The notes under the pieces: generated by a model | Seen by the model: the letters and a program-made list of their open reading frames with translations, nothing else | Database searches by the model: none | Told to the model about the DNA's origin: nothing | Assembly: GCF_009914755.1 (NCBI RefSeq) | Contig: NC_060930.1 | Strand: one strand, 5' to 3' | Length of the DNA: 64,000 nucleotides | Origin: the human T2T-CHM13v2.0 reference genome, Homo sapiens | Shown: in pieces, positions 25,833-41,090 of the stretch | Layout: the number at the start of each line of letters is the position of its first letter | Numbering within the stretch: the first letter of the stretch is position 1 | Program-made: the position numbers and the translations under genes

Positions 25833-28546
25833 AGTTTTCTTTATTCTCTATGAAGAGCTTGAATTTCTACAAAAAAAGTTTTTGATGACCTGTGTGCCCT
25901 AGGGAAGGTATAAAGAGAAGTGTTGCGTAAAGGGGTTGGTGGTTTGCCTCAGTTCAAGAGATCTTCAGAGGACTTTAACTAGGAAAATTTTCTTAAAAAT
26001 AGGATTGAGCAAAAAGACTGTTTGGGAAACTAGGTGGCAAGTGGCTTTCTATTTCCCTGGAGACCTTGTATATGAAAGATCTTGGAATTATAGGTCTTCC
26101 CCAGTTGACTTCATTGTTATTTCCGAGATAAACTCCTTCAAAATCTGGTAGAGTCACACCAATAACATAAATGGGAAGGTGAAATCTAAAGTCAATTGAA
26201 AACAAATTTTGAATTTTATAAAATATTACTTCTGATTTTTATTGGTTTTGTATTGCAATGATTTGAAATTAGTAAAGTTATCACGCTATATGCCTTCTTT
26301 TCAATTTTGCTCTACAAATGAACTAGAAGGATGCTGCTGTGAGTTTGTGTAAATATAAAAAACAATCCCAGTTTAACTGTTTCTATGGCAATAATTGCTC
26401 ATCTCTATGGAAATAGTGGTCTGCCTATTTAACAATAACCCGTGAAGAGAAAAGAGGTATTGACTCCCTTTAACAAATTTTCATTCTTTTTCTATTTCAT
26501 TTCACCTTTTCAAAAATCTTATTTTGTTTGGTTATACCAAGAAATCTGGACTAAATTATTCCTTTCCTCCTTTGCTTCCTTCACTGAATTCCAAATAAAT
26601 AAATATTCATGTGAATTTGAAAACTAAAAATTCTGGCTCAGATTGAAGACTGTGCTTTTATGTCAGTGCAAATAGGGATGCCCTTTTGTATCTTTTAAAA
26701 CATGCTAGCTTTGGAGTTAGACATCTGGCTGCAAACCTTGACTATACCATGACTAACTAGCCTTCTGGAAGTTATCTCTCCTGTATAGTTGTCAAGATTA
26801 AAGGTAACATATATTTAGCACATACAAACACAAGGCCAAATATGGGCTGTGCTACTGATTTGATATGTGACTTTGGTTACTGAGTAGCCACTCAGTCCCT
26901 TGCAGCCACAGTCCACTCCTCTAGGGAACTTGCAGAGTTCCTACTTAAGTTTAGTATCCTACATTTTAAAAAATATATAAATATTATACTTATTGTGTAC
27001 TTTACAAAGAAGACCCAGATCTCAGACTTCTAGGCAGATATTATGACCAATCTAGAAAACAATATGTGCTGTCTAGCTGTTTTATGGTTGTCTTCTGTGG
27101 TGTAATGGCAGTTAGGGCCCATGAAGATTTCAATGGCATTTGGCATTTTGCTATCTTAAAAAGCTATTCTTCTTTGTAGTTATTTGTCATTAGTCAGATC
27201 CTAGCTCTCTTGAATGATTCATACAAATAAATAGTTTCTGCTTTAATTTTGTATTTTTTTCCTTAACATATACTCCATCAACTATCATCTGCAAAATTTC
27301 GCCAATTATCTCTATAAATGCATCAAATAATTATGTAGTATTGCTACATTCTCTGAAATTTATAAATGAATTAGTTCATTTTTATCCTTAACTGAAGTCT
27401 TTTGAATAGTCAAAAATATTTTCATTCTTTTGCAATGCAATTAAATTTTCCATATGAACAGCTTTAACTTTAGAAATATAAATAATTTCTTATATGGCTA
27501 GTTTAGCATATTTTTTTAATTTGGTCTTTTGTTTTGACGTGTGGCATATGTACATGAGAGAGCAGGTACAAATGTGTTTTTGTGTGTTTATCTTCTAAAA
27601 TATTTATCAGTGTTTGAACCAGATATGCAGTTGTTTTAGATATCGTTAAAATTCATACTACAGGCTTAAGGAAAAGTTAGGTGGCTTTTTTCAAAGTTAC
27701 ATTAAAGAATGAAGATACGTTTTAATGAAAGTTAAACTGAATTGAGAATCCTACAATAACAAGATTTAAGGGGTTTATAATTGTCTATACTGGACAGTAC
27801 TGTATTGAAGGCATAGCTGATGACTACAAAGTAGAAGCGAACTGTTCACAAGGGAGTGATTTATATTGGATAATAGGTTATATTCCCAAATATATATTCT
27901 GAATTCAGACAAAACCTGACTCATTGAATTTATTAACAGGGTTCTCAAATGAAGTGGGAATACATAATTGAGACTAAGATACTAAAGCATTTTCTTTATT
28001 ACTATAAAATGTTTAGTACGCATCTTCAATATCCATTTAGCTATAGTTTTCCTCTTTGAAATATGAACCTTCCTCCTTTTGAAGAATCTGTACTTTTTAT
28101 TACAGAGTCTGACCTTCCTCTCTACTTTCTACATAGTCACCTTTTGCTTTTTCCAAATTAATTCCCTGATTGTTTGTCTTTTAATTTTCCCTAACTCCAA
28201 ATACTTACCTTATTGCCCCCAAATAACATCTATAGTATTTAAAATGTATTCTGAAAATCTAAAATATCTTTAAAATCACAGAATTTTAGAAATATGGAAT
28301 ATTTATTTTTAAATAATTTCTTAACAGAGAAGCAAATGTATTATTTTGTAATATAATTTAGACTACATAGGTGAAACAAAATTATAATTGGTTGATATGC
28401 TCTTTTTAGCTATATAAAATTTATATAGCTATAAATTTATTTTATACTACATATAATTATATAAATTATATAGCTATATATTTTATAAATTATAGCTATA
28501 TATAAATTATAACTATATATTTATATAGCTATAAATATATAACTAT

Positions 28547-28669
28547 ATGGTGAGAGACAGAGAGAGAGACAGAGAGGAAGACAGAGAGAGAGTGAGAGAG
28601 AGAACAACAGTACATTAACTTAGAAAGGGATAGTTTAATAATGAGAGGATGGTTTTAAAAGGAGTCAAA
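28547..28669 (-). repeat. Inverted copy of 31481-31598
   Basis: Reverse complement shares an exact 46-mer (taaaaccatcctctcattattaaactatccctttctaagttaatgt), the CT tract and the terminal ctctcaccat. Confidence 0.92.
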
Positions 28670-29439
28670 ACCATCACTCATTTAGTGTTAGTGGAACTCA
28701 ATTAGTGTTCACTGGTAAATTTTATATAGTTAAAAAGAGCATAACTATATAAAGTGAAATAGAACACTCAATTTGATCATAGAGTGTGTGTTTGTGGGGT
28801 TGGAGAGTAAGCTATTGTTTGTTTGAGGATTTGTTTGTTTAATAATCCAAAGACCAAAATTATTTTCTGAACTTTAGTGTCCTTAATAGTCTATTGCTTC
28901 ATATGGGAAAGACATGATGTTTTCAAATATAGAGTTGATGTGTTAATTTTATTAGTCATCATCCTTTGTTTATAATTCCAACGATAAACTCATGAATTTC
29001 TACTATAATACCATTAAGATATGTTTTTGCTTCTTTATGATCCAAAATTAGTCTATAAAATATAATTAATTGTGCCTGGTTCAGAGTGTGTTGTGGCATC
29101 AAATGAGGTAATTCGCTGGTATGAGGATTTAAATGCTTAGTAAATGGTGTCTTCTATTGCTGCTATTGCCCCTTTTCTCTCTTCAAAAAATTACATTTGG
29201 TTAGGCACACATACTTCAGTTCTCCCTATTTTGAAAAAGGTATAGGACCTATGGGTTTTTTGCTTTTTTTGTTTGTTTTTTGTTTTATTTTAGTAAGATG
29301 AAGTAAGTATCTACAGATCCATAAACAAGCCAGGACCTGATATAATAATTAGTCAAGAGAGGAGTTGGTTGAAATGAAAGACTGAAAGTATGACTGAAGA
29401 GTAATTGTTAATGTAAAAGGTCAAGAGCTAACATAGAGG

Positions 29440-31190
29440 AAGAAGTTAGAGACCAGGATGGGGAGACCCTGAAAAGGATTTCTTATTTTATACAAGTATA
29501 ACGGGAAACCTGGGAGTAACATGATTCAATTTATACTTAAAACCTATGCTGACTGCATTGTGGAGAATGAATAGGAAAGGCACAACAATGGAAGCAGGGA
29601 ACATAGTGAGTTGTTTTAATTTAGATAGGGTCTGATGGCCTAATGTGTGACAGTCAAGGTGGGCATGAGAAGACAACTTTAAGCTATGTTTTAGAAGTGA
29701 AACTGTAAGTACAATGATGAATTGGATTCAAGAAGTGAGGACATAGATATGTCAAGGGTAACACTGATTTCTGGCTTGAGTAAAGTCGATAGAGGTGCTA
29801 TTTATGGAAATGGGAAAGATTACACAGGGAATGCATATTTTGATGAAGAGTGGGTGGAAATCCAGAGTTAAGCTTTGGATACATCACATTTGAGATGCCT
29901 GAAGAAATTCAATGAAAAAGTCCAAGTAGACAGTTTAGTATTAGGTCTGGAGTTAAGAAGAAAATGTCTTATCCCTATTATGGCCATACTTAAGATACTG
30001 TGTGAAGTATGTCTTTCACTACATTGTAATCTCTTTAAATGCAAGGACTCTTTCTTTCTCAATTTCGGATCTTCCACAGCATTTTATACAAGGCAGAGAA
30101 TGGTTAAAGTGAAGAATAAAAAAGAGTTGGCATGAATTGAATCTGTGTACAAGGAGTGAGTTAACTGCCTCCAACTTAATCCTAATGAAAGGTTACTGAT
30201 TTTTACAGATGGTCAAAGTGAACAGCAATTAAATGACTTGCCAAAGTTCACAAAGTAAATGGAAAACTAGTCCTGGTTGACTCCAGGGCACAAATTGATC
30301 ATATTAAACTCACTGCCTCTAATTAAGCCCTTGTTAAACCTCATCTATTAAAAAAAATGTGGACAGTTATTGCACCAAACTCACTATATGCTAAGATCTT
30401 AGCACGTAACAATATACAGAAAAATGCCTATCCTTTTGGAATTTAAAGTCTAGCGTGGGAGGCAGAAAATGAGTAAGTCTATGTAAAAAAAAAATTACAT
30501 AATAGAGAGAAATGGGGGCTTGGATATCTTTATATGGGGTAGTTAGGACAGACCAAGCTAAGGAAAAAATAATTTAGCGGAGACCCATGGATAAGTACAA
30601 GGAAAGAATGTTCTAGTTAGAAAGAAAAAGCCCTGTGGTAGAAAAGATCTGTGCATCTTAGTCATGGTCACCAAACAAGACAGCCATGCATAATGTGACC
30701 GCAGAGACGTACAGAGCCAAGCCATGCAGAGCTTTGTAGGTCAAGGCATAAAATTTGGATTTTTTTCTAGGAGCGCTGGCCAGCCATTGAATTATTTCAA
30801 GTAAGAAAAAGTCATAATCTGCTTTATATTTAAGAATGGTTTATGAGAGAAAGAATTTAGGGGCAGGAGTAGAATAAAGAAAGCCAGTCAGACAGCTCTT
30901 AAATTAATTCAGTTGAGAGATTCTGGTGGCTTTTGGCAGGTTATGGTATGGAGACAGAGGGAAATGCAGTGATTGGAGACATGTTCCAGAAATGACAGCA
31001 AGAAGACATGTTGATGGGTGGGTTGTAGGGGGCGAAAATATCAATAGTAAAGAATGACCCCCAGATGTGTGGTTTGAATGTCTGAGTACATGGTGGCACC
31101 TTCTAGTAAGATGGGAAAGACTGCAGAAGAAAGTGCTTTGGTAGTGGAAAATAAAGGATTCTAATTAGTAAACGTTTGTTGAATTAAAGA
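29440..31190 (-). mobile_element. L2 fragments with an intervening MIR
   Basis: Antisense L2 body motifs (tttctggcttgag, gaaatgggaaaga, ttttggatacat..tttgagatgcct); MIR core near 30200-30300. Confidence 0.5.
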
Positions 31191-31224
31191 ATCTCAATAT
31201 TGGCTTTGCTTATATGATTAAATA

Positions 31225-31381
31225 CCATATTTCCTTGCATGATCATTTATTTATGAATTGTCTGTGGCTGCCTTCACATCATAATTGCAGAGTTAGGTAG
31301 TTGCAACAGAAGCCTGATAGCCCACAAAACTGAAAATATTTCTGTTTTAGCTCATTGTAGAAAGGAGTTTGTCAACTCATG
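31225..31381 (+). mobile_element. MER58A, 3' part
   Basis: ttgtctgtggctgccttcacat..gcagagttaggtagttgcaacaga..cccacaaaactgaaaatattt. Confidence 0.75.
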
Positions 31382-32739
31382 CTATAGAGCATGATTTAAA
31401 CCTAAAACTAATTTTAGAGTGTGTTTTTCATTTTTTGAATCCAATGGCTGTTCTTCATTCTATATAATCCTTATAAAGCCTTTGACTTCTTATAAAACCA
31501 TCCTCTCATTATTAAACTATCCCTTTCTAAGTTAATGTGGTGTTGTTGTTCTCTCTCTCTCTCTCTCTCTGCCTGTCTCTCTTTCTGTCTCTCACCATTT
31601 ATTTTGGTGGTATCTTTCCCTATTTATTTCCCTTTATCCTCTAAAAGTGGGTCTTTCCTAATTTCTTGCTCTATTGTGTCATTTTCTCAATATCTTCATA
31701 GCTTCCCACCTGACTTCTTTTAGGTGTCGGCACAAATGTCAGCTTACATGAAAAGCTTTCTCTATTTAGTATAGCTTCCCAAGCCAAATCCATCATTGTC
31801 TTTCATTTATCATTACTGACCTTCTATCTCATTTTGTTTATTTGTTCCTTGTCTGTGTCTCCCCAAATACTATGCCAGTCCATGAGGATGGAGACTTTTT
31901 TCACAGGTGTATTTGTTCATTTGTTAAATTCTTAATTGCTAGGATAGCCCAAGGAATACTGTAGGGGCTCAATAGAGGTTTGTTGGATAAATACATGTAT
32001 AGAATGAATTCTTCTGTCTACAATGATCTCTTTTCCTTTGTTAAGTTATAACAGTTTTCATTGCCACTGCTCTTCTGGGAATGAGTGATTTGCTGTCTTG
32101 GGAAGCCCTTGTATTTTTGCCTCCTGTTGTTTTTTGCCTGCATTGGTGCCTAACTCCTCTTAGATTCCTGATTTATTTCTCTAATAAGGTTTGAACAACC
32201 TTGAGTATCAAATATGATATCATGAATACACAGACACACACACACACACACACACACCACAGTGAGTTAATAATGCTGTATATACACAAGCTCTTTGTTT
32301 TGTACTTGGTTTATTATCATCTAATGCTCTTTCCTCTGCAGGAATGCTGTTCTTAGTCTTACTTTCTGAGGAAAGAGGGGGAATTTATTTCCTAAGGCAT
32401 TTCCCATATTGATTTGTTTTTAATCTTCAGAGAAACATACAAAAATGAATTCTACCACATTTTATTTTGTGTTCATGTTTGGATTGAAATCATGAATTAC
32501 TTGTGTAAAGAAGATGAACATTTACAAGGATCTGTTTCTAAAAGACCATAAAACTTACTCTTCTTGAAAACTAAAAGGAAGGTGCTATAATCACCTTACA
32601 TTTCCCCATTATAGTATGTGTAGCATAAAAAGAATAAGCATTCAATAGATAACAAAATAAGTGACAAAACTAAGAAGTCTTAAATGATATTTCTCTTTAA
32701 AGAATAATTATCATCTTCAAAAATAGCCTGTTCAAGGTT

Positions 32740-33337
32740 CAGTAGTTCCTTCTTATGTAAGGTTTTGCTTTACCTGGTTTCAATTACCCACTATCAACTG
32801 TAATCTGAAAATATTAAATGAAAATATTCCAGAAATAAACAATTTATAAGTTTTAAGTTGTGTGCCATTGAGTAGCATGATGAAATTTCATGCCATCTCA
32901 CTCTATCCTGCCCCAAATGTGAATCATCCCTTTGATTGGCATGCCCACACTGTCTATTCTATGCCCCCATTAGTCACTTAGTAGCCAGCATGTTTATCAG
33001 ATTGACTGTCAAGGTATAGCAGTACTTGTGTAAAACCCTTATTTTACTTAATAATGGCTCCAAAGAGTAGTGATACTGGCAATTGGATATGCCAAAGAGA
33101 AAGAACAAAGTACTTATTTTAAGGAAAAAAGTTAAAGTTTCCAAGGTAATAAGGAAAGAAAAAAAAAAAAACATATGTTTAGTTTGCTAAGATCTATGAT
33201 AAGAATGAATCTTTTATCCTTGAAGTTGTGAAGAAGAAAAAAGAAATTTTATATATATAGTTTGGTACTATCCATGGTTTTGGAGATCCACTGAAGATCT
33301 TGGAACATATCCTCTGTGGATAAGGGGAGGGCTACCG
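32740..33337 (+). mobile_element. MER44B-like (Tigger7 family) DNA transposon
   Basis: CAGTAGT..CTTAT start and GGATAAGGGG..CTAC.G end (TIRs); internal AAAATATTAAATG..CCAGAAATAAACAATT. Confidence 0.85.
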
Positions 33338-33612
33338 TATGTCTAAGATGATGTAGGCAAGCTTTTTCTGTAAAGGGATAGATAGTAAATATCTTAGGAT
33401 TTATGGGCCACATAGTCTCCATTGCAATTACTCAACTCTGCCATTGTAGCATGAAAGTAGACAGGAACAACATTGTCAATCTAAATAACAAAAAGAGAGA
33501 GGCTCTCTACAATAAAAATATTTATTCATGAATGGGCATTGCAATGAGAATTAGCATGCCATAGTAAACTATGTGCATATTCAGAATAGGAAAGGAAGAT
33601 AATGGTTTTTAA

Positions 33613-33945
<333 letters not shown>

Positions 33946-34192
33946 CTACATAATCGTTTTGAGATAATTATATTTATATATGAGGATCAATAATGAGAGT
34001 GGTGCCAGTCTGAGGTTAGACAGACAGTTGCTGGGTAGCTATTGTTGCAGCAGCATATTTTTGTGTAAAGTCTTAGTGACCTTTGTGTAAGGTTGTGGGT
34101 TTTGTAGGCTTTTGTGATTCTTCTTCTTATCAGGCATTTATGCATCAGAATCCTGTCTTCATCGCTTTCCCCCACTCTATTGTCAGGTTTTT

Positions 34193-34213
34193 GCCTTCCT
34201 TCCTTTCTCTGTC

Positions 34214-34289
<76 letters not shown>

Positions 34290-34312
34290 TCCTTCTCTCT
34301 CTTTCTTTCCTT
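34193..34312. repeat. (TTTC)n microsatellite
   Basis: Read directly from the sequence. Confidence 0.95.
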
Positions 34313-34588
34313 CACGCAGGTGACTCCATTTCGATTTAGACAACTTTCACAATATGTAAGTGAATAGGTGTGGCTGCATGCCAATAAAACTTACAAGAGT
34401 TGGGTATATGGCTCTGGATTCACCCTGTATACCAACATTATTAAATGCTGAGAAAGTAGGAGTGGCCTGAGAGGAAGCCGAGGGAGTCCTCAATGGAGAG
34501 CACTGAAGTCTAGCAAAGAGCCCTTGAGCAAAAGGCAAAAATGTGCCCCACTACCCAGAGATGCCCAGGCTTTGAAATGACTGATGGA

Positions 34589-34589
<1 letters not shown>

Positions 34590-34628
<39 letters not shown>
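34590..34628 (+). repeat. Pure A39 homopolymer
   Basis: Direct count. Confidence 0.95.
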
Positions 34629-34629
<1 letters not shown>

Positions 34630-35542
34630 AAACAAGAATTTGAAGTTGATGAGTCACAAATAATTTACAAGTTTATTTACCATTTCTATGCTAAAAGGAA
34701 TATGCAAAATAGCTAAGTAAAGTTTCTATATACATATTACATTATTAAAAACTAACAAGTTCAAAAATGAACACATAAAATGCTACATAGTTACTTTCTT
34801 GACTGGCCTTTTAGTCTGTGTACTTTTGAGTATCAAAGAATCTTTCTCTTTAAAAATTAAGTATAAACTCCTAAGGTGAAGAATGTTTCCCATCTAAAGC
34901 TCTGTGTGAGGATACTTCTGGAACTTGGAGATCTTAACCTATGTAATGGTGATGGTGGAGATCGAGCTGTTAGAACTCTCTCGGGCACTGTGGTCCTTGG
35001 AGATGCCCTCCTAAGCTGCTTTGTTTCCAGGGAAGTGATGGCTACATGTTACTCTCCAGCAATCCTATTCTTTTTCTCTGTCCTGAACATTTCAATCCCA
35101 GCCTTTTGGGAAAGAGATAATAATAGATGAGGAGAGTAGGGTGCAGAGGACTAGTAGAAATGTCTGTGTAGATAACTGAATGTTTCTTATAGATCACTGT
35201 TGCAAAATCCTAAAATACGATTTTTCATAGACATAAAGATTGTGCTAGGCAAATTAAACTGAGCATATATATATTTCCCCTTTTGATAACCACCACTCTT
35301 TACTGGTATAGTTATGATCTCCTGATTGATAAGTGAGAATTTTATTTCTCAGATGAAATCATTATGTCTGTCTTTTATACATAGTAGAAAATGTTACGAG
35401 GCAAAATAAATTTGCTGTCAATTTGATACATAAAATCACATTGCACCACACAGTGCAAAATCACAGTGTGCCTCCTCATTTGTAAAATGAGCATCTTGAT
35501 AATAATGATAAAGATGTTGCTAATAAAGATAGCTCGTAGGAA

Positions 35543-35811
<269 letters not shown>

Positions 35812-35834
35812 TGATGTTTTAAATGTTAACTAAG

Positions 35835-36212
35835 TGATATAATTTGGCCATGTTCCCACCCAAATCTCATTTTGAACTGTAGTTCTCATAATCCCCATGT
35901 GTCCTGGGAGGGGCCAGGTGGAGATAATTGTAGCATGGGAGTGGTTCACCCCATCTTGTTCTCGTGATAATTAATTGGTTCTCATGAGATCTGATGATTT
36001 TATAAAGGACTTCCCCATTCACTGGGCATTCATTTCTCTCTCTGCTGCCACGTGAAGAAGGACATGCATGTTTGCTTCCCTTTCTGCCATGATTGTAAGT
36101 TTCCTGAAGCTTCCATGGCCCTGCAGAACTGACAGTCAATTAAACCTCTTTTCTTTATAAATTACCCAGTGTCAGGCAGTTCTTTATTGCAACACGAGAA
36201 CAGCCTAATACA
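35835..36212 (+). mobile_element. THE1 (THE1C/D-like) MaLR solo LTR
   Basis: TGATAT..TTTGGC..CCCACCCAAATCTCAT..CCATGATTGTAAGTTTCCTGA..CTAATACA; perfect 5-bp TSD ctaag. Confidence 0.93.
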
Positions 36213-37119
36213 CTAAGATATCGTGTGTAAAGCATTTGGCCAAATGCTGTGCTAGGAACAGTGCCTAGCACAGAGGAGGCATTTGGTAAATACTGTTGAA
36301 TGAAGTAAGAAATGAATGAAGATTACCAGACTCATACAAGCGTTCAATAGATGTTAGCTATCCTTCCCTTCCCTTCCAGATGCCTTTAGTATTTTACAAG
36401 GTACTTAGCATTGCTATGTAAATATATAAGTCATGTTTTAAAAAGAAATTGTTAATGCCAAGGGGGTAATGCTACATGTAGATTCAGTTCAGTCCCTGTG
36501 TGCTTGGTATGGATACACTAACAAAACAAATAGATGCTTTTCTAACACACTGAGGCAATGCATCGTTCTCTCCTGACCCTATATTTTTCTTACAGAATTT
36601 CAAAACAGTACAGGTGACCATCTAGTGATATTGAGTCATGTTTTCCACAAGCAATTCCATTTTGATAACTGGGCAATTTTCTACTATTGATGAGACAAGG
36701 TTCCATTTGTAAGTTGTTCCCTCTGTATCAACATGAAAAATGATGCAAACTTCAAATATATTGAAAACATCAGTATAAGGCCACAATAAAAAGGACAGTT
36801 TTTAAGACAGCCTTTAAAGTTATTTTGTATCCCCTTCAACATTTGTTTATGGTGATGAGGTGCCATTGCGTGAGTGTTTCCTTTAATCAACTGAGTGCTG
36901 TGGAACTTGAGTTACTGCGTTTACCACTTAGTCTGATGCTTAAATGCAATCCTTTTGAAATGCTCTTTGCAGTTTATGGTCTTGGCTGCAGTGGAAATAC
37001 TGAATTTGACATTCTTGATGCAGTGATTCTCTCACTCTATTGAGGCAAGATATTTTTTTAACCTGGCTGATCTTGTGTTCCCAAATAAGGCAGCCCCTTC
37101 CCTCTGGCAGATTCTATAA

Positions 37120-37209
37120 GAAAGAAAAAAGAAGAGACAAGAAAAGAAGGAAGGAGAAAGAAAGAAGAAAGAGAGAAAGAAAGGGAAAGAAAAGGAAAGG
37201 AAGAAAGAG

Positions 37210-37264
<55 letters not shown>

Positions 37265-37278
37265 GAAAGAAAAGAAGA
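37120..37278. repeat. (GAAA)n polypurine tract
   Basis: Read directly from the sequence. Confidence 0.95.
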
Positions 37279-37793
37279 TTAAGTAAAAAGGAACCCTTAT
37301 GTAACTCCCAGGTGGTACATTTCAGTACTAAAGGAGAAGCTCTATTTATTTTTAGTGCAGTTCCTGCCTTTTGTTATATGAATATAATCAACATAAGTTT
37401 TGAATATATAATCTCATGCCTAGGATCACTGAAGGACAACCAAAAAATAATGTATGCTACATAGTCAAATATGTTATAATGATGTGGACATACTGTGGGG
37501 TAGTTCTCTTGGATTTGATAACTGGAAAACCTGCTCCAGTAATAATAGACAACAGTGACATGGGACCATTCAAGCACCAAACACTGTTCTAGGTGAACTA
37601 TTCTCAGCTCTTGATAGTAACATTTTTACTCTCCAACAGCTCAGTGAGGTAGATAGATAATATTGTTCTCATGTTACAGAAAAAGACATTGAGACACAGA
37701 GAGTTTAGGCAATTTGCTCAGTCGCACAACTTATAAGATGAACATGGAATTTATCTTTCAAGCTGAAACTTTTGAGACTGATAGAGGATGCTA

Positions 37794-38060
<267 letters not shown>

Positions 38061-39411
38061 TCAGGGATTTGAATATTGGATCCAGATCATAAGTCTGTGT
38101 GAGCTACTCTAGTGACCACTGTTCTTATATTTTGGTCTTTGTCCAATTTGCTCATCCCTACAGCCTTCATCCCTCCACCCTTACATTCTCGCTCCTAGAC
38201 TTTTTCTTTCACATGCCTTCCATTCTTCTCTGTAATGCAACTGATGCATCAAATTACCTCCAGTTTGTATGTGAACCACTCACAACCAGGATGAATAAGA
38301 CAGACTCCTCATCCTCCAGGACCTCAATACAGCCAAAGGGCCAAAATTTCATTATTTCCCTCAGGGAAAAGGTTAGAATTATTATCCTGCTTTGATGTAT
38401 CAAAGAAGTGCTCATTGGTTACCAAGAAAAACAGCTCATGTGCTTTTAAACCTATCTGCAAAAATTCCCTATGCTTTCTGATGAACAAAAATCTATACTG
38501 AACCTGAATCGTTTGAAAGTTTGGCCAATAAAAGACATGATGCTCTTAAAGGAATTTTATGCTGCCTATCCAAATTCAAAATGAAAGTATTAAAATTGCA
38601 AAATGGAAGTGCAGCTGGTTTTTCTCTAAGGTTTATCAGTGATGAGTCACCTATTTTTATTGCATAAGAAATCAAATCAAGTGTTGTAATGAAAACACGA
38701 TACAGTGAATTTAGGATAATTCTTGTAGCACTCAAGATGTGCGTATTTGTTCAGGGACACTGAGTCCTTTGAGATTTATTTTAAGTACTTTAATATTCTG
38801 TAAGAAAGGCTTTTTTTTCAATGTTTGAAGAAAGCTGCCCCATCTTCTAAACACCCACAATGACTGGTTTTAATTCAGGAATTGTTACAGAAGCAGGATA
38901 TATAGATTATGCACTTATGCTTTTTATTTATGTCCCTTTATCAGCATGAGGCACATATTTACTTACATGTAGTTTAAGGCATTACGTTTTTAAATCTTAC
39001 CTCTTTTGTATTCACTTAACATATGAGCTTCCTATTTCCCTAAAGATGTTAACAGCATCAAAATTTTACCTGAGTGTTTTGACAGTTAAACTCTGAAGAA
39101 GGAAAGGGATTGAAGGTCGGATTGTTCTAGTGTCTTGTACAAGAACTGGAAAAAGAAGTAAAAGTCATCTATAAATTACCTTTGCTACATGGAAATAGGT
39201 TTTCTCATCTATTACTAAGGGATCATAAAGAACCACATTGCTATTTTAGACATCTGCCTATCTAGCGTAGAGGTAAATATGTATAACTTTAAATTTCATA
39301 TTTGTAAAAACATGTATATTGATAATTTCACAGATATAATTTGAATCTCATCAGTGTATGAAAGTATATACTTTTCATAATGGATTTATTGAAAGATTCA
39401 TACTACTTTAA

Positions 39412-39602
39412 GAACTATTTTGCTAAGAGAGTAGATTTTAAGTGTTCTCACCACACAAAAAATGAAAAGTATGTGAGGTAGTGCTTATGCTATTAGCTCA
39501 AATTAGCTATACCACAATGTATACATATTTTAAAACAACATGCTTTACATGATAATTATACACTATTTTGATTTTCTAATTAAAAATAAAATGAAATAAA
39601 AT
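39412..39602 (+). mobile_element. L1MA 3' end fragment
   Basis: TTTGCTAAGAGAGTAGATTTTAAGTGTTCTCACCACACAAAA..TATGTGAGGT; A-rich tail. Confidence 0.85.
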
Positions 39603-40762
39603 ACCTTAAGAAACAGACATATTTCAGGATCTTAGTTACCATCCATGCAGACATCTCAAACCACTTAGAATGTGTACATACTTATAATAGTAAAAACCTC
39701 CATTACATTCCTACTGTAGTTAATAAATACGTGTTTATTTTTGTGCACTTCTCACACTGAAAACTATGCAATTTAAGGGACTTATTGCATAAATTAGTGA
39801 CCCTAATTGATTTTTCCATTCCTTTAATCTAGACTATGTTCAAAAGTACAGTCTAATTTATATAATCATAATTTAACAGCTAACGTACCTCTAATTGAAG
39901 AATGAGTGTATTTCATAAAGTAAGACCCATGCATGTACAACTATATCAATTTATGGATTTATGAATATGGTATTAGACGAGCATTTATTATGAGTAAAGT
40001 GATGTATGGTTCATACAGAATATCATCCACTGGTTATGCCTTTCTGTTTGTTTTTTGTTTTCCATCTAATGTGTATAGAGACAGAGAAATTATTAGACCT
40101 CAGGGTCGAATAATGTATCTTTTATTCTCTTTTATAATAGAAACTAATTGTATGGCAGTCAGAAAATCTTTATTTCTTTTCAGCAGTTTTTGGAGCAAAG
40201 AAGTGAAATAACTTTCCTCTAAACCCCAAGACATCAAAAGTTAGAGTTAAGGCATATAACAGTAGATACACGTGATTCTACACATTGAATAATGCTTAGA
40301 GGACTCAAGAAAGAATGTCCTACTAACTTGCTGACCTGCTCATCTATATACAGCAGGGATTTGGACCCTGCAGGAGAGATGAACTGGATTATTTATGGAC
40401 AGCAAAAAGTATATTGTTTTAAAATTTAAAGAAACTATGTTAGAGCTGGTATCCCGAAACAGCATTTAACATCTATAATTTATTTATGTGTTACCCAGTA
40501 TCTTCTTTCTTTTAACATTACTTACAAAGTACTTTTTAAAGCTTAGTATGTCATATTAGAGGATAAATGAAATACCATCCTATGCTGATAATGGAATGAC
40601 TAATCACCTGAAAGAACTTTAATAAAGTACAATTTCACTAATGTGATATACTAATACATAACCAATTTAATTTGAAACTAAGTAGTGCAGTAATATATTT
40701 ATACAACTAATATTGTTAAATTCTTAATTTTCATCCTCCTGATTTAAATTACAAATTTTTAA

Positions 40763-41090
<328 letters not shown>

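Noticed and set aside
36247-36273. 10-bp perfect hairpin at an L2 tail (ctgtgctagg/cctagcacag)
   Set aside because: Stem too short for a miRNA precursor.
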